DNA of 64,000 bases, from the NCBI GenBank assembly GCA_965218095.1, contig OZ244587.1:1696001-1760000 (forward strand). The letters are read 5' to 3'. The position numbers and the translations under genes were made by a program. This DNA is from Candidatus Poribacteria bacterium (GTDB taxonomy: Bacteria; Poribacteria; WGA-4E; PCPOR2b). The notes under the pieces are model-generated. The model had not been told where the DNA came from. It searched no databases and saw only the letters and a program-made list of their open reading frames with translations. Below are positions 53,140-63,453 of this stretch, piece by piece. Position 1 is the stretch's first letter, and each line of letters begins with the position of its first letter.

Positions 53140-53379
53140 ATGGCATCTTTAAGACTTCGTTTGACTTTCCCGCCGGATCTGATCACTGAACCCATCATCC
53201 ACAACATCGGTCAGCAGTACAATGTGGTCACGAGCATTCGGCGCGCTGATGTCACGTCCGACCAAGGATGGGTTGTTCTGGAGATTCGGGGCGAGCCCGA
53301 CGAGCTTGAACGGGTTGTTGAGCATCTCAAGAACATGAAGGTGCAGGTTGAGCCGGTTGAGGGGGATGTGGTTCAGTAA
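53140..53379 (+). CDS. NIL-domain protein
   Basis: LTFP...EPII....SIRRADV...GWVVLEIRG...VEPVEGDVV. Confidence 0.85.
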   Translation: MASLRLRLTFPPDLITEPIIHNIGQQYNVVTSIRRADVTSDQGWVVLEIRGEPDELERVVEHLKNMKVQVEPVEGDVVQ

Positions 53380-53642
53380 GGAAACGATCTAGTAGGTCCA
53401 GCTCGGAATCGCCCCATGTGCAATCCCAACACAAATCACAAGCAGCCCGCCCAATCCAGGGCACCGGAGGGTAGATCAGATGATGTATCCACGCTGGCAA
53501 ATGCCAGAAGATTTGCATCATGCTCGGTTGTGCCAGCATGCTCAGGCGGCACAAGACCTGACGGCGTTGGAATTTGAAGAGCTGCTGAAGATTGAGGTTA
53601 TCCCAGTAAACGTCGTGGCACTGCACCCCCATCCGAAAGATG

Positions 53643-53991
53643 TAGGAGTTACGCAGTTGGTGTTTAAAGTGTAAAACGGTTGAGCTAGATAGGCACGAAC
53701 CGCTTCTCTGATAAGCGAGACTTTCGCTTCAAACCAACTGACGCCGGTCGAGAAACAGTGCCGCTCAAGTCGTAGAAACGCTCGCAATGCCAGCCCAATA
53801 TGATGGCGTTGCGCAACTCCCTTGCGAACCATCGACCGCTCAACACCGAAAAATTGCTTGATGCCTCGATGGTATTGTTCAATCGTCCAAGGCAGTTCGT
53901 CACACTTGAGTCGAAACAGTTCATTCATTGCATTTGGGTCAATTCATAGCCTTGATTATAACCTATTTTCTGTCCAAGTGTGTAACTCCTA
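53643..53991 (-). mobile_element. Internally deleted IS701-like element
   Basis: Ends TAGGAGTTACGCA / TGTGTAACTCCTA; retains WTIEQYHRGIKQFFGVER...AVRAYL. Confidence 0.8.
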
Positions 53992-54125
53992 TTCTGTTAA
54001 AACTGAAGAAGAATCCCAGGTGGGGTAGTGTAGTGTGTCCGGGCAGGTGGCACTGGTAGCGAAGGAAGAAGGGAAAGAGAGGAATAGGGACGACGGTGGT
54101 GTCGTCGCCCCTGAAGTGTCCATCG

Positions 54126-54890
54126 TTATTTTTCATACGTGTATGACTCCCCCGGCTGCAACTTGACGACTTCGGTGCGCGGCGAGGTCACGGCGACCAT
54201 CTCGCGCAGCTTGTCAATATCAGCTACCTGCTTGGGGAAGGTGTCGTAGTGGCACGGAATAGCGACCTTGGGACGCAGCATGTGGCATGCAAAGGCGAAC
54301 TCGCGCAGTCCCATGGTATATTGCCCCCCGGCCGGCATAATCGCAATTTCGGGGTCATACATATTGCCGATAACCTGCATCTCCGCACTTACACCGGTAT
54401 CGCCGCTGTCATAGAGGACGATACTGTTGTCAAACGAGATGACGTACCCGCAGGTTTGTCCATCAGCACCCATCGTCTTGTCTTCGAGATATTCGTAAAG
54501 CATCATGTTGGTCGAGTGGCACGACGGCGTCATCGTATAGGTCGCCTTGCCGATCTTCCCACTGCCGCCGATGTTGAGGGCGTAAGCTGTCGGCTCCGTG
54601 TCGTAGGGGATACCGTGCTTATCGGCATACATGCCAACCTCTGGGCTGCAAATCAGGCAGGCGTTGGTCTTCTTGACGAGTTCAATGGAGTGCCCGATAT
54701 GGTCAATATGTCCGTGCGTGACGCAGACCACGTCTGCTTCGGTAATGTCATCAATGCTCCACGGGGAGACCGGATTCTGCCAGTCGCCGAGCGACGAACC
54801 TTTCAGCCACGGGTCGAAGTAAATCTTCTCGCCTTCATTTTCGAACAGGAACGAGGCATGACCGATAAAGGTGATTTTAATACTTGCCAT
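54126..54890 (-). CDS. Metallo-beta-lactamase-fold hydrolase (UPF0173-like)
   Basis: GHASF, DPW, THGHIDH, SGDT, IPCHYDTF. Confidence 0.9.
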   Translation of the reverse strand: MASIKITFIGHASFLFENEGEKIYFDPWLKGSSLGDWQNPVSPWSIDDITEADVVCVTHGHIDHIGHSIELVKKTNACLICSPEVGMYADKHGIPYDTEPTAYALNIGGSGKIGKATYTMTPSCHSTNMMLYEYLEDKTMGADGQTCGYVISFDNSIVLYDSGDTGVSAEMQVIGNMYDPEIAIMPAGGQYTMGLREFAFACHMLRPKVAIPCHYDTFPKQVADIDKLREMVAVTSPRTEVVKLQPGESYTYEK

Positions 54891-55095
54891 TGTATTGCCT
54901 CCAGTGATGAGTTTGTGGGTAAGCTAGGTAACTAATCATAGCACGTTCAGAGGCGGAGCGCAAGCAGAAAATTGAGTTTGATAAGGGAGTAAAATAGGAA
55001 TGGAATGAATAATTAGCGACGTATGCTAGTGGTTTCATCGTCGCTTTGAGGAGAAATTGGAGATAGAATCCGAACCGGCTGGACGAAACGGGTTA

Positions 55096-56100
55096 CTAGA
55101 GCGGAATGATACTGACAAGAAATTCACCCTGAACGACGCTCGGGCAGGTGCGTAACACGACAATTCGTCCGGAATGTTCAGCATGAACGATTTGAAGGAT
55201 ATCGCCTTCCGGGTTGCAAATGCAGCCAATCGGTTGTCCAGCTCTTACCTGTTCCCACAGAGAAGCCTTGGGTAGAAATAAACCGTGGTGTTCGCTCAAA
55301 TGTTCGATCTGTAAATGCCCCTCTTCACCCTGATCGCTCTCGCGGAAGTAGGGAGGCAGCGTGCGTGGATAATTTCCCTTGAGCATCCCCAGGTAGCACA
55401 TCAAATTTTGAATTCCCTGTTTCAACTGCTCGACATCCTCGCGGTGACAAAGTCCGCTTCCTTGCATTTCAGCGTATAAGGTTGGCACTTCGTAAAGATA
55501 CGAACCGGCGCTCGACCGCCCCGGCAGGAAAGGGCTGCCCCAGATTAAGTTGAGACCGAAAGCGATTGCAGCTTCGCGCTGTATCTGCTGAATACGTCCG
55601 GATTTCATCGTATACCCGACCCAGGGCTTGAGGGTATAATACGTTCCCGCACTATGCAAATCGATAAACAAATTTCCGTGTTTAAGGACGGAATGCGTCA
55701 GGTGATAGGCGATCTGCTCGCTCACTGTGCCGTCCGAATGTCCCGGAAAGACACGCGCAAGATTTTTTTCATCAATTGGGCTCTCCCGCCGGTGCCCGAA
55801 GAACGCGGGTTCGTTGACAGTTGGTACTGCAATCAATGTCCCGCGAATCTGCGCCGGATCCAGTTCACGAAAGCATTCCTGGATAGCAACGATGCCTTCG
55901 TACTCATCTCCGTGAATGCCTGCACAAGCGATCAAGGTTTTCCCATCCTTCTGCCCACGCACAACCAGAATTGAGAATCCAATCTCCCGACCATCGATAA
56001 GTGTCGTCATCCGTTGCCGATACGCCATCTTGGTGCCTCGTGGAACATCTTCGGGTGAAAATGAGTCAGTTGAGTCAAAAAAGTGTTCTGGCATTTTCAT
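55096..56100 (-). CDS. Succinylglutamate desuccinylase/aspartoacylase (M14-like) family protein
   Basis: AGIHGDEYEG, NLARVFPG, IDLHSAG. Confidence 0.88.
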   Translation of the reverse strand: MKMPEHFFDSTDSFSPEDVPRGTKMAYRQRMTTLIDGREIGFSILVVRGQKDGKTLIACAGIHGDEYEGIVAIQECFRELDPAQIRGTLIAVPTVNEPAFFGHRRESPIDEKNLARVFPGHSDGTVSEQIAYHLTHSVLKHGNLFIDLHSAGTYYTLKPWVGYTMKSGRIQQIQREAAIAFGLNLIWGSPFLPGRSSAGSYLYEVPTLYAEMQGSGLCHREDVEQLKQGIQNLMCYLGMLKGNYPRTLPPYFRESDQGEEGHLQIEHLSEHHGLFLPKASLWEQVRAGQPIGCICNPEGDILQIVHAEHSGRIVVLRTCPSVVQGEFLVSIIPL

Positions 56101-56392
56101 GACCTCTTGTGTTCTGCGCAAGGGACTCCACAGTACGCACATTATGTATCAGCGATAAGATCAATGTTATCTGACATCGGCGTTTTCACACAACAGTTAG
56201 TTAAATTCCTGCCTTCGCTTCTTCAATACAATTAAGGCACATCAGATCGGGACTGACTTTCACGACATGGATTTCTTGATATGCCTTCATTTGCTGGGCA
56301 TCTACACATCTTTCGATACGATGCGTCCGGTAACACATCATTTACGTTGTGGTCGGAAGAACTGTCTGTACAAATAAATCCCCGGCAGTCAT

Positions 56393-58216
56393 TTATTCAA
56401 CGGTGACACTTTTAGCAAGATTTCTGGGTTGATCCACATCACACCTGCGATGAACAGCACTGTAATAAGCGAGCAACTGAAGCGGAATTGCAACCAATAG
56501 CGGGGAGAGCTCCTCCGCAATGTCCGGAACGTAAAGGACTTCCTGAGCAAGTGCCTGGATTTCCGTGTTGCCTTCGCTAGCAATTGCGATGACGATTCCG
56601 TTTCGAGCGCGGATCTCCTGGATGGCACTCACAATCTTCGAATAAATGCTGCTATTGGTAGCAATGCACACGACAGGCACATCTTCGTTAATCAACGCGA
56701 GTGGACCATGTTTTAATTCGCCGGCTGGATGACCGGTGGCATGGATGTAGGAGATTTCCTTGAGTTTGAGAGCACCTTCCAAAGCGTTGGGATAATTGTA
56801 GCTTCGCCCAATAAACATGAATGCCCCGACATCGCTATATTTCTCCGCACAGGTGCAGATTTGTTGCTGCTGGATGGCTTGCTCCATAAGGGATGGCGCC
56901 TTTTTAAGAGTTTGGAGAAATTTCTGTATATCTCCGGGTGTTAATACCCCTTTTAGCTTGCCTAGGTGCATTGCGAGTAACCCAAGCACTGCAATCTGTG
57001 CGGCATAGGCTTTGGTGGAAGCGACGCCAATCTCAAGTCCAGCGTGAAGTTCGATAACCGCATCCGCCTCCCGTGCAATGGTGCTGTTGATCTCGTTGCA
57101 TAAGGCTAATACGCTCATGAACTTGCTCTTTGCTTTACGCAATCCCTCAAGCGTATCAGCAGTCTCACCGGATTGGGAAATAGCGATTACCAGTGTATCT
57201 CCCTCCAAAACCGGGTTACGGTAGCGAAACTCTGAGGAGATGTCCACTTCGGTGTGGATGTACGCATACTGTTCCAGCAAATACTTGCCGATCAGTCCGG
57301 CATGCCACGATGTGCCACAGGCTTGGATGACGATCCGATTCACACAGGCGAGAAATTCGTCGTTCAATCCCAATTCCCCGAAATCGACCTCCATCTCATC
57401 GGTGATATATATATTGTGTAAGCGCTGTAAGACATTAGGCTGCTCGTAGATCTCCTTAAGCATGAAGTGTGGATGGTCGCCTTTATCGGCACTGTCGGGA
57501 CTCAAGCCGATCTGATGGATGCGCGGTTCGACCCGCTCGCCCTCCATGGTTTGAACCTCCACCTGGTCCCGTGTCAGAAGGGCAACCTGATTATCTTCGA
57601 GATAGACCATCCGTTGGGTGTGCGGCAGCAACGCCGGCACATCTGAAGCGACGAAGTTCTCTCCCTCCCCAAGTCCCAAGATGAACGGGCTGCCGCGTCG
57701 CGCAACTACGATGCAGTCCGGAAACTGTTGGTGAATAAAAGTAGCTGAAAATGTTCCCTCTACCTGCTGAAGTGCGTTGCAAACGGCATCGACAAAATCT
57801 TCCTCCGCCGCTTCCTCAACTAGGTGTGCCAGCACTTCTGTATCTGTATCTGATTCAAATAGATGCCCCCGCCCTTGCAGGGCACGCTTGAGCGGGAGAT
57901 AGTTCTCAATGATTCCGTTGTGTACGACCGCCAAAGTCCGACCCTCGTCGGTATGCGGATGGGCATTGCGTTCATTCGGTTCCCCGTGTGTTGCCCATCG
58001 GGTGTGCCCGATACCAATCGCGCCACGCATCGGATTCTGACGAAGACTTTCGTCTAGTTCACGCAGTTTTCCCGCCCGCTTTCGCAGATCTAACTCGCCA
58101 TCACTGATGACAGCCATACCTGCTGAATCATATCCCCGGTACTGAAGTCGTTCCAGTCCTGTCCACAAAACAGAGTCAGCGTATTTATCTCCAATGTATC
58201 CGACAATCCCACACAT
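56393..58216 (-). CDS. glmS: Glutamine-fructose-6-phosphate aminotransferase
   Basis: MCGIVG, GHTRWATHG, SQSGET, GELKHGP, PRNLAKSVTVE. Confidence 0.98.
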   Translation of the reverse strand: MCGIVGYIGDKYADSVLWTGLERLQYRGYDSAGMAVISDGELDLRKRAGKLRELDESLRQNPMRGAIGIGHTRWATHGEPNERNAHPHTDEGRTLAVVHNGIIENYLPLKRALQGRGHLFESDTDTEVLAHLVEEAAEEDFVDAVCNALQQVEGTFSATFIHQQFPDCIVVARRGSPFILGLGEGENFVASDVPALLPHTQRMVYLEDNQVALLTRDQVEVQTMEGERVEPRIHQIGLSPDSADKGDHPHFMLKEIYEQPNVLQRLHNIYITDEMEVDFGELGLNDEFLACVNRIVIQACGTSWHAGLIGKYLLEQYAYIHTEVDISSEFRYRNPVLEGDTLVIAISQSGETADTLEGLRKAKSKFMSVLALCNEINSTIAREADAVIELHAGLEIGVASTKAYAAQIAVLGLLAMHLGKLKGVLTPGDIQKFLQTLKKAPSLMEQAIQQQQICTCAEKYSDVGAFMFIGRSYNYPNALEGALKLKEISYIHATGHPAGELKHGPLALINEDVPVVCIATNSSIYSKIVSAIQEIRARNGIVIAIASEGNTEIQALAQEVLYVPDIAEELSPLLVAIPLQLLAYYSAVHRRCDVDQPRNLAKSVTVE

Positions 58217-58301
58217 AGTTTTCCTTTCCCAATTCCTTTATCAAGGGTGTGTTTTCAACTGTAATCGATTGGAGGAGGGGCGAAAACGGGGTGGCTCTCC
58301 T

Positions 58302-59417
58302 CTACGAAACGGATTCATGGAACCTTGGATGGTCACTCAATACCTTGACCAGTGTTTGTGCAAGTTTTTCGGGATGGTGGCGGATCACGGTTTGTGGACC
58401 ACCGCTATCGATGACCTCGGTGGTATCCCGAATGAGTTCCGCCTCTACAATCCACATATCACCGAGATTATCTCGTTCCGGGTGATAGAAGATTTGCACA
58501 TTAGCTGGTCCTGCCATTTGCTTTGTCGCATTGGTAATCTGTCTATACCTTTCGATGATCTTTTCCGGCGCCGGTTGATTGTTAACGATGACATAGTCTA
58601 GCGATATGCCGGGGGCGTGAGCCAGGATTGCTTCGACGTGGTCGGTAACAGAGTACCCATCAGTTTCGCCCGGCTGCGACATCACATTACAGATATAGAT
58701 TTTCATCGCATCTGAAGATTGGATTGTTCCGGTGATTTCCTTGATCACAAGGTTGGGCATGATACTGGTGTATAAACTTCCGGGACCAATGATGATGGCA
58801 TCGGCATTGGCGATAGCCTCCACAGCCCCTGTATGTGCAGTACATTCATAAGGTTCGTCGTGATGCTGTTTGCCGTTCTCACGCGGTTTCAGAAAGACGC
58901 GCTCAATCGGTTTTCGATTGACTCGCTCCGGGATGTTGGACTCACCGCACACAACATCACCATCGACTAGTTCAGCGCACAGTGTGGTTCCATCTAGGCT
59001 AACCGGTATAATCCTGCCTCGCGTGGAGAGCAGTTTGGATGCTTCTTGGATAGCTTTTGGAAAACTGCCGTTATTTAATTCAGTGAGTGCAATGAGGAGG
59101 AGGTTTCCAACTGTATGCCCTCCGAGATCGCCGTCACTTGAAAAGCGATATTCAAAGAGTTTAGCTAGTAACCCATCATCATTGGATAGGGCGACCAGTA
59201 GCTGACGAATATCACCCGGTGGAATCACATCAAACTCTTCAACCAATCGTCCAGAACTACCGCCGTCGTCAGACACAGAAACAATTGCCGCCAGATTATC
59301 CATATCAATAATTTCTGAGCGATCGCGTCTGTTGCTTGTGTGTTGTTTAATTCCGCTCAATAGGGAAGATAAGCCTGTACCGCCACCTATGCAGACCAGT
59401 TTTAGTGCATCTACCAT
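58302..59417 (-). CDS. yvcK: YvcK/GlmR (CofD-related) protein
   Basis: IGGGTGL, DDGGSSG, PPGDIR, GHTVGNL, GPGSLYTS, QPGET, RH. Confidence 0.92.
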   Translation of the reverse strand: MVDALKLVCIGGGTGLSSLLSGIKQHTSNRRDRSEIIDMDNLAAIVSVSDDGGSSGRLVEEFDVIPPGDIRQLLVALSNDDGLLAKLFEYRFSSDGDLGGHTVGNLLLIALTELNNGSFPKAIQEASKLLSTRGRIIPVSLDGTTLCAELVDGDVVCGESNIPERVNRKPIERVFLKPRENGKQHHDEPYECTAHTGAVEAIANADAIIIGPGSLYTSIMPNLVIKEITGTIQSSDAMKIYICNVMSQPGETDGYSVTDHVEAILAHAPGISLDYVIVNNQPAPEKIIERYRQITNATKQMAGPANVQIFYHPERDNLGDMWIVEAELIRDTTEVIDSGGPQTVIRHHPEKLAQTLVKVLSDHPRFHESVS

Positions 59418-59539
59418 GATAAACCTCCATCAATACAGCACAAAAAGAACCTGTTAAAATTGACGCTGGGGGTACGTTTGCGTTTCAAGAAAATTGTGGT
59501 GCGTGGAACTCCTCACGACCAAGAAAGAGAGTTTGGTGG

Positions 59540-60940
59540 TTAGTTGGAGACTCGTTGTATCAAAGATTTTAGTGCCTCAAGCGTTGAATCGCAAAGTTCC
59601 TGAGCCTCTTCAGCGGTCTGTGCTTCGCTAAAAACACGAATGACCGGCTCTGTACCGGACTTCCGAATATTGACCCATCGGTCTTCCCAAACTCGTTTTA
59701 TCCCATCAGTCAGATCAAGTGTTTCATCTGTATAAGTTTCGATGGCAAGTTGAAGAACCACATCAGCGATTTGTTGCGAGGACACTTCCAATTTCTCCTT
59801 GCATATCGCATAGCTTGGGATGGAAGCAATAACCTCCGAAATCGTTGAGGGGCTTAACTCAGCGAGGAGTTGAATAATTGCAGCTATTGACACAATACCG
59901 TCGGTCGTATATTGAAGTTCTGGATAAATCACACCGCCTGTTCCTTCACCGCCGATGACTGCGCCTGTTTCTCGCATTTTCTCGACAACGAATCCGACAC
60001 CCACCGGCGTCCGGTACAGTTTTACGCCGTACCGATCCGCTACGTCATCCAACATGCGGCTGGTTGATACAGTAGCGACTATATCCCCTTTTCGTTTATT
60101 CAGCAGAAATTCCGCTGCGAGGGCGAAGGTGTATTCGCTGCTCAACGGAGTGCCCTCCTCAGAGACGAGCACCAGCCGGTCCGCATCACCATCGTGTGCG
60201 AAGCCGAGGTCTGCGCCTTCCGATTTGATGGCTTTGCAGAGTTGACCTAACGCATCTGGCGTTGGTTCCGCCGGACGAGGAAAATAGCCATTGGGAACGC
60301 AGTTCAGTTCGACAACTTCACATCCCAACGCTCTTAGCAAGCGAGGACTAATCACACTCCCCGCGCCATTGCCGCAATCGATGACGACTTTTAGCCCGTG
60401 AGAACGTGTTTGATCTGGCACAACCCAATCACAACTGAGTACACCGGCGATATGTTGATCAATAGCAGTGCCGATTACCTCGACACTGCCCTGTTTATCC
60501 CAGGCGGCTAGCTCAAAGTCCCCCGACTCGTAAATCCTCATTAGGTGTGTGCGTTCTGCCTCACTCAAGAGTCTGCCGGATTCAGGCGCAAATTCGATGC
60601 CATTCCAATCAATCGGGTTGTGGCTTGCCGTAATCACGAGGCTTCCATCCGCATTCAATTCTTTCGACATGAGTAAAACTGTCGGCGTTGGACACACCCC
60701 AACGTCAATCACTTTGCAACCGGTCGCAATCAGCCCGGCGAGTACGGCATGATGTGCCATCGGACCCGATGTCCGCGTATCTCTTCCAACTACAACAGTT
60801 TGTCCCTCAATTAACGTTCCGAATGCCGCAGCAAACCGGGTTAATAGGCTTGGATCCAACGCGTTACCAACTGTTCCTCTAACGCCGGAGACACTGATGA
60901 TTAGGTCCTCTCCCGATGCGTGGGATTTCACTTCGTTCAA
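59540..60940 (-). CDS. glmM: Phosphoglucosamine mutase / phosphohexomutase
   Basis: SVSGVRG, TASHNP, DGDADR, GGEGTGG, RKSGTEP; neighbours glmS. Confidence 0.85.
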   Translation of the reverse strand: MNEVKSHASGEDLIISVSGVRGTVGNALDPSLLTRFAAAFGTLIEGQTVVVGRDTRTSGPMAHHAVLAGLIATGCKVIDVGVCPTPTVLLMSKELNADGSLVITASHNPIDWNGIEFAPESGRLLSEAERTHLMRIYESGDFELAAWDKQGSVEVIGTAIDQHIAGVLSCDWVVPDQTRSHGLKVVIDCGNGAGSVISPRLLRALGCEVVELNCVPNGYFPRPAEPTPDALGQLCKAIKSEGADLGFAHDGDADRLVLVSEEGTPLSSEYTFALAAEFLLNKRKGDIVATVSTSRMLDDVADRYGVKLYRTPVGVGFVVEKMRETGAVIGGEGTGGVIYPELQYTTDGIVSIAAIIQLLAELSPSTISEVIASIPSYAICKEKLEVSSQQIADVVLQLAIETYTDETLDLTDGIKRVWEDRWVNIRKSGTEPVIRVFSEAQTAEEAQELCDSTLEALKSLIQRVSN

Positions 60941-60966
60941 TGTACAAGCTCCTGCGGTTTAAAAAT

Positions 60967-61758
60967 TCAGACGCGATTCCACCATGACAATGCAACGCAA
61001 CAGGTTCCAATCAGTATCTGCCAGCTGCAAACGATGTGCCATGACGGATAGACAACTAGATATGATGGGATCGGTGTTAGTTCGTATAAGTGAGGTGTTC
61101 TAAACACATCAAGTTTAAGCAGATGGCACACGGCAATCAGTGGGTTGAGGTATAGAAATGGTGGAATGATGGGTTGGAGATTTTCCAGATAACGATCTAA
61201 CGGTGCTAACAGAAACACACCGCCAATCAGGAGACTCCACCCTAGATATGTTGCCTCTGTTGCAAAGAGTTCATGGCGAAAGATGCACCAGCACAATCCG
61301 CCAGTCGAGGCAGCCACAATGATGTAAATTCCAAACACTAGGTGCAGTTGAACCACTTCAAGGTGGGTGATATTGCTGATTGATGGTATGAGAATCGTAA
61401 AAACAAGGGTTGCGAGAGCAAGGAAGCAGAATGTGTAAATCTGGCTCCCCAATATGACGCTCATCCAGACCCATCGAGGGTCTATTCGACTCAATTGTAA
61501 GTCTGTTGATGGGAGAGGTGCAAAATGTTTGTTGAGTCCGCTACATGCTAGGTATGGCGCAACAATCAGGACGAGCAACGCTTCTGACAGGAAGATGAGA
61601 TCGGTGAACCGCCCCAGCTTTACACGAAATAGGAGTTGACAGATGACCAGTAACAGAACGCTCTGTACAATGAGGGCAAAACAGATCTTGCTGAATTTCC
61701 ACTGTTGGCGTATCACTTGGCTGAGGACTAGATTTTCAAGGCGGCGTATATGGTACAT
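60967..61758 (-). CDS. Multi-pass membrane protein (ABC-2 permease-like)
   Basis: About 6 hydrophobic segments; LNPL motif. Confidence 0.6.
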   Translation of the reverse strand: MYHIRRLENLVLSQVIRQQWKFSKICFALIVQSVLLLVICQLLFRVKLGRFTDLIFLSEALLVLIVAPYLACSGLNKHFAPLPSTDLQLSRIDPRWVWMSVILGSQIYTFCFLALATLVFTILIPSISNITHLEVVQLHLVFGIYIIVAASTGGLCWCIFRHELFATEATYLGWSLLIGGVFLLAPLDRYLENLQPIIPPFLYLNPLIAVCHLLKLDVFRTPHLYELTPIPSYLVVYPSWHIVCSWQILIGTCCVALSWWNRV

Positions 61759-61766
61759 TCGATTTC

Positions 61767-62447
61767 TTAACGCCTCTGTCCAAACTGCTCACGCAACGCA
61801 TCCTGAATTTGCAAAATCGTATGTGCGACGCCATAGAGGCCCGGATGAATCTCTAACGCCTTCTGGAAGGCTTCTAGTGCTTCTCTGAGATTTCCGAGCC
61901 TCAGATAGCATTGTCCCATTCCCGCAAACGCGCCAAAATGAACCGGATTGAGTATAACCACCTTTTTGCAATCATCAATAGATTGCTCCCATTCTTCCAA
62001 CATAAAATATGCGATTGCTCTCTGGTTATATCCTTCAGCAAACTCAGGGGCCACCCGAATAACTTCTGTTAATTTATCAATCGCTTCTGCATACTGTTCT
62101 TTCTTGATATATTTTGCGCCTTCTCGAAGCATTTCATCAATGGATTCATCACCGGAGCGAAACCAGATTGCCCACAGCGCCTGTTCCGCATTGGAACGCA
62201 TAGCCGAATCGTCGTGCCGAAGCGCCTCTACCAATGGGGACACAACTTGCGTGTCGCCAATCACACTTAGTGCAGAAGCCGCCGCCCACCGTGTCGGCGT
62301 GACATCATGCGCTAACAATTCAATGAGAGTGTCCTGAGTGTAATTCTTTAATAAAACCTGTTTCAGTTCTTCTTTTTGTCTTTGAGTAGGGTACCGGATT
62401 AGCAGTTTTGCTAATTCCGAAAACCCATTACGCTTTGCCATGGTCAA
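61767..62447 (-). CDS. HEAT-repeat plus TPR protein
   Basis: AEQALWAIWFRSG, PEFAEGYNQRAI, NPVHFGAFAGMGQC. Confidence 0.88.
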   Translation of the reverse strand: MTMAKRNGFSELAKLLIRYPTQRQKEELKQVLLKNYTQDTLIELLAHDVTPTRWAAASALSVIGDTQVVSPLVEALRHDDSAMRSNAEQALWAIWFRSGDESIDEMLREGAKYIKKEQYAEAIDKLTEVIRVAPEFAEGYNQRAIAYFMLEEWEQSIDDCKKVVILNPVHFGAFAGMGQCYLRLGNLREALEAFQKALEIHPGLYGVAHTILQIQDALREQFGQRR

Positions 62448-62624
62448 TGCCTCAATTGATTATGAAATCTTCCCTTTTGCGAGGTAGATTTCATTCATCT
62501 TATCATACCTGAGAAACAATGACAAGATAAAAGTTCACGCAATACAAATCTTGCGAAATCTAGTGATTTCGGATATAATGAGTTATACGCATTTCTGAAA
62601 ACGTAAAAATGGGGGAGCCATATT

Positions 62625-62963
62625 ATGATGACAACTCAAGTTGAAACGGCTTCCGGGATTTCGCCAGAAGATGAACGCGAATTGTTGCGCATGCTTTGGA
62701 TGCTGAGAACTACAAATGGGTTTCAACTTCAAGCTGCACAATGTGACCTGCCGGTAGCACAAAAGACACATACGGCTTGGCGATAACGAGACTGCCCTTG
62801 CTTGCTTTAACGCATTAAGGGCGATTGGTGTTTCTATCAAAACTCCCCATATCGTTGAGTGGGTCGAGGAAGATATTCAGCGACTCAAAACCGAAGTTGG
62901 CGGAGAAGTATTTGAACGCCTAAAAGCGGAAGTTCAGGCAAGGCAGAAGGAACTGACTCCTTG
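62625..62963 (+). pseudogene. Internally deleted gene remnant (possible TPR protein ends)
   Basis: MTTQVETASGISPEDERELLRML joined out of frame to LGDNETALACF...GEVFERLKAEV. Confidence 0.4.
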
Positions 62964-62983
62964 AACAGCGTGCTATCGTTAAA

Positions 62984-63280
62984 ATGATGTATATACTTGA
63001 ACCCCTGACTCATGAAAGTTCAAACTTGTGGGAGGAAATTCTTACTGGTTGTCCAAATAGCCTTCCATTTCACTCGATTGCATGGCGTAATGCGTTAGCA
63101 AATAGGTTCAAGCAACTAACGCCTGCTTATTTTCTGATTAAAGCAAACGACGCCATCGTTGGTGGATTACCCACTTTCGTATTTCAGCCGATTCGTGGGA
63201 TTAAGATGCTGCACTCGATGTCAAACGCGACTCTACGGGCGGAAGCTGATCGAGGCAGGATATCAAAAGCACGAAGCTGA
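62984..63280 (+). pseudogene. Truncated GNAT/FemAB-like protein
   Basis: PFHSIAW, YFLI....IVGGLP.F, LHSM then divergence. Confidence 0.55.
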
Positions 63281-63453
63281 GAGTTTTGGTGTTTGCCGGA
63301 CACTTATTCGGAAAGCCGATGGATTTGGTTTCTAGCTGCTGGAAGTTATCGGCGTATCTCATCCTGGGAATCACGTTCTATTTTCTCCCTGAGTTGGGGA
63401 TGCACCGATAACGTCGTGACAAAATCTGATGAAAGGAATATAGACCCGAATCA

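Noticed and set aside
58217-58301. glmS ribozyme
   Set aside because: Gap too short and no recognisable core; only a small hairpin
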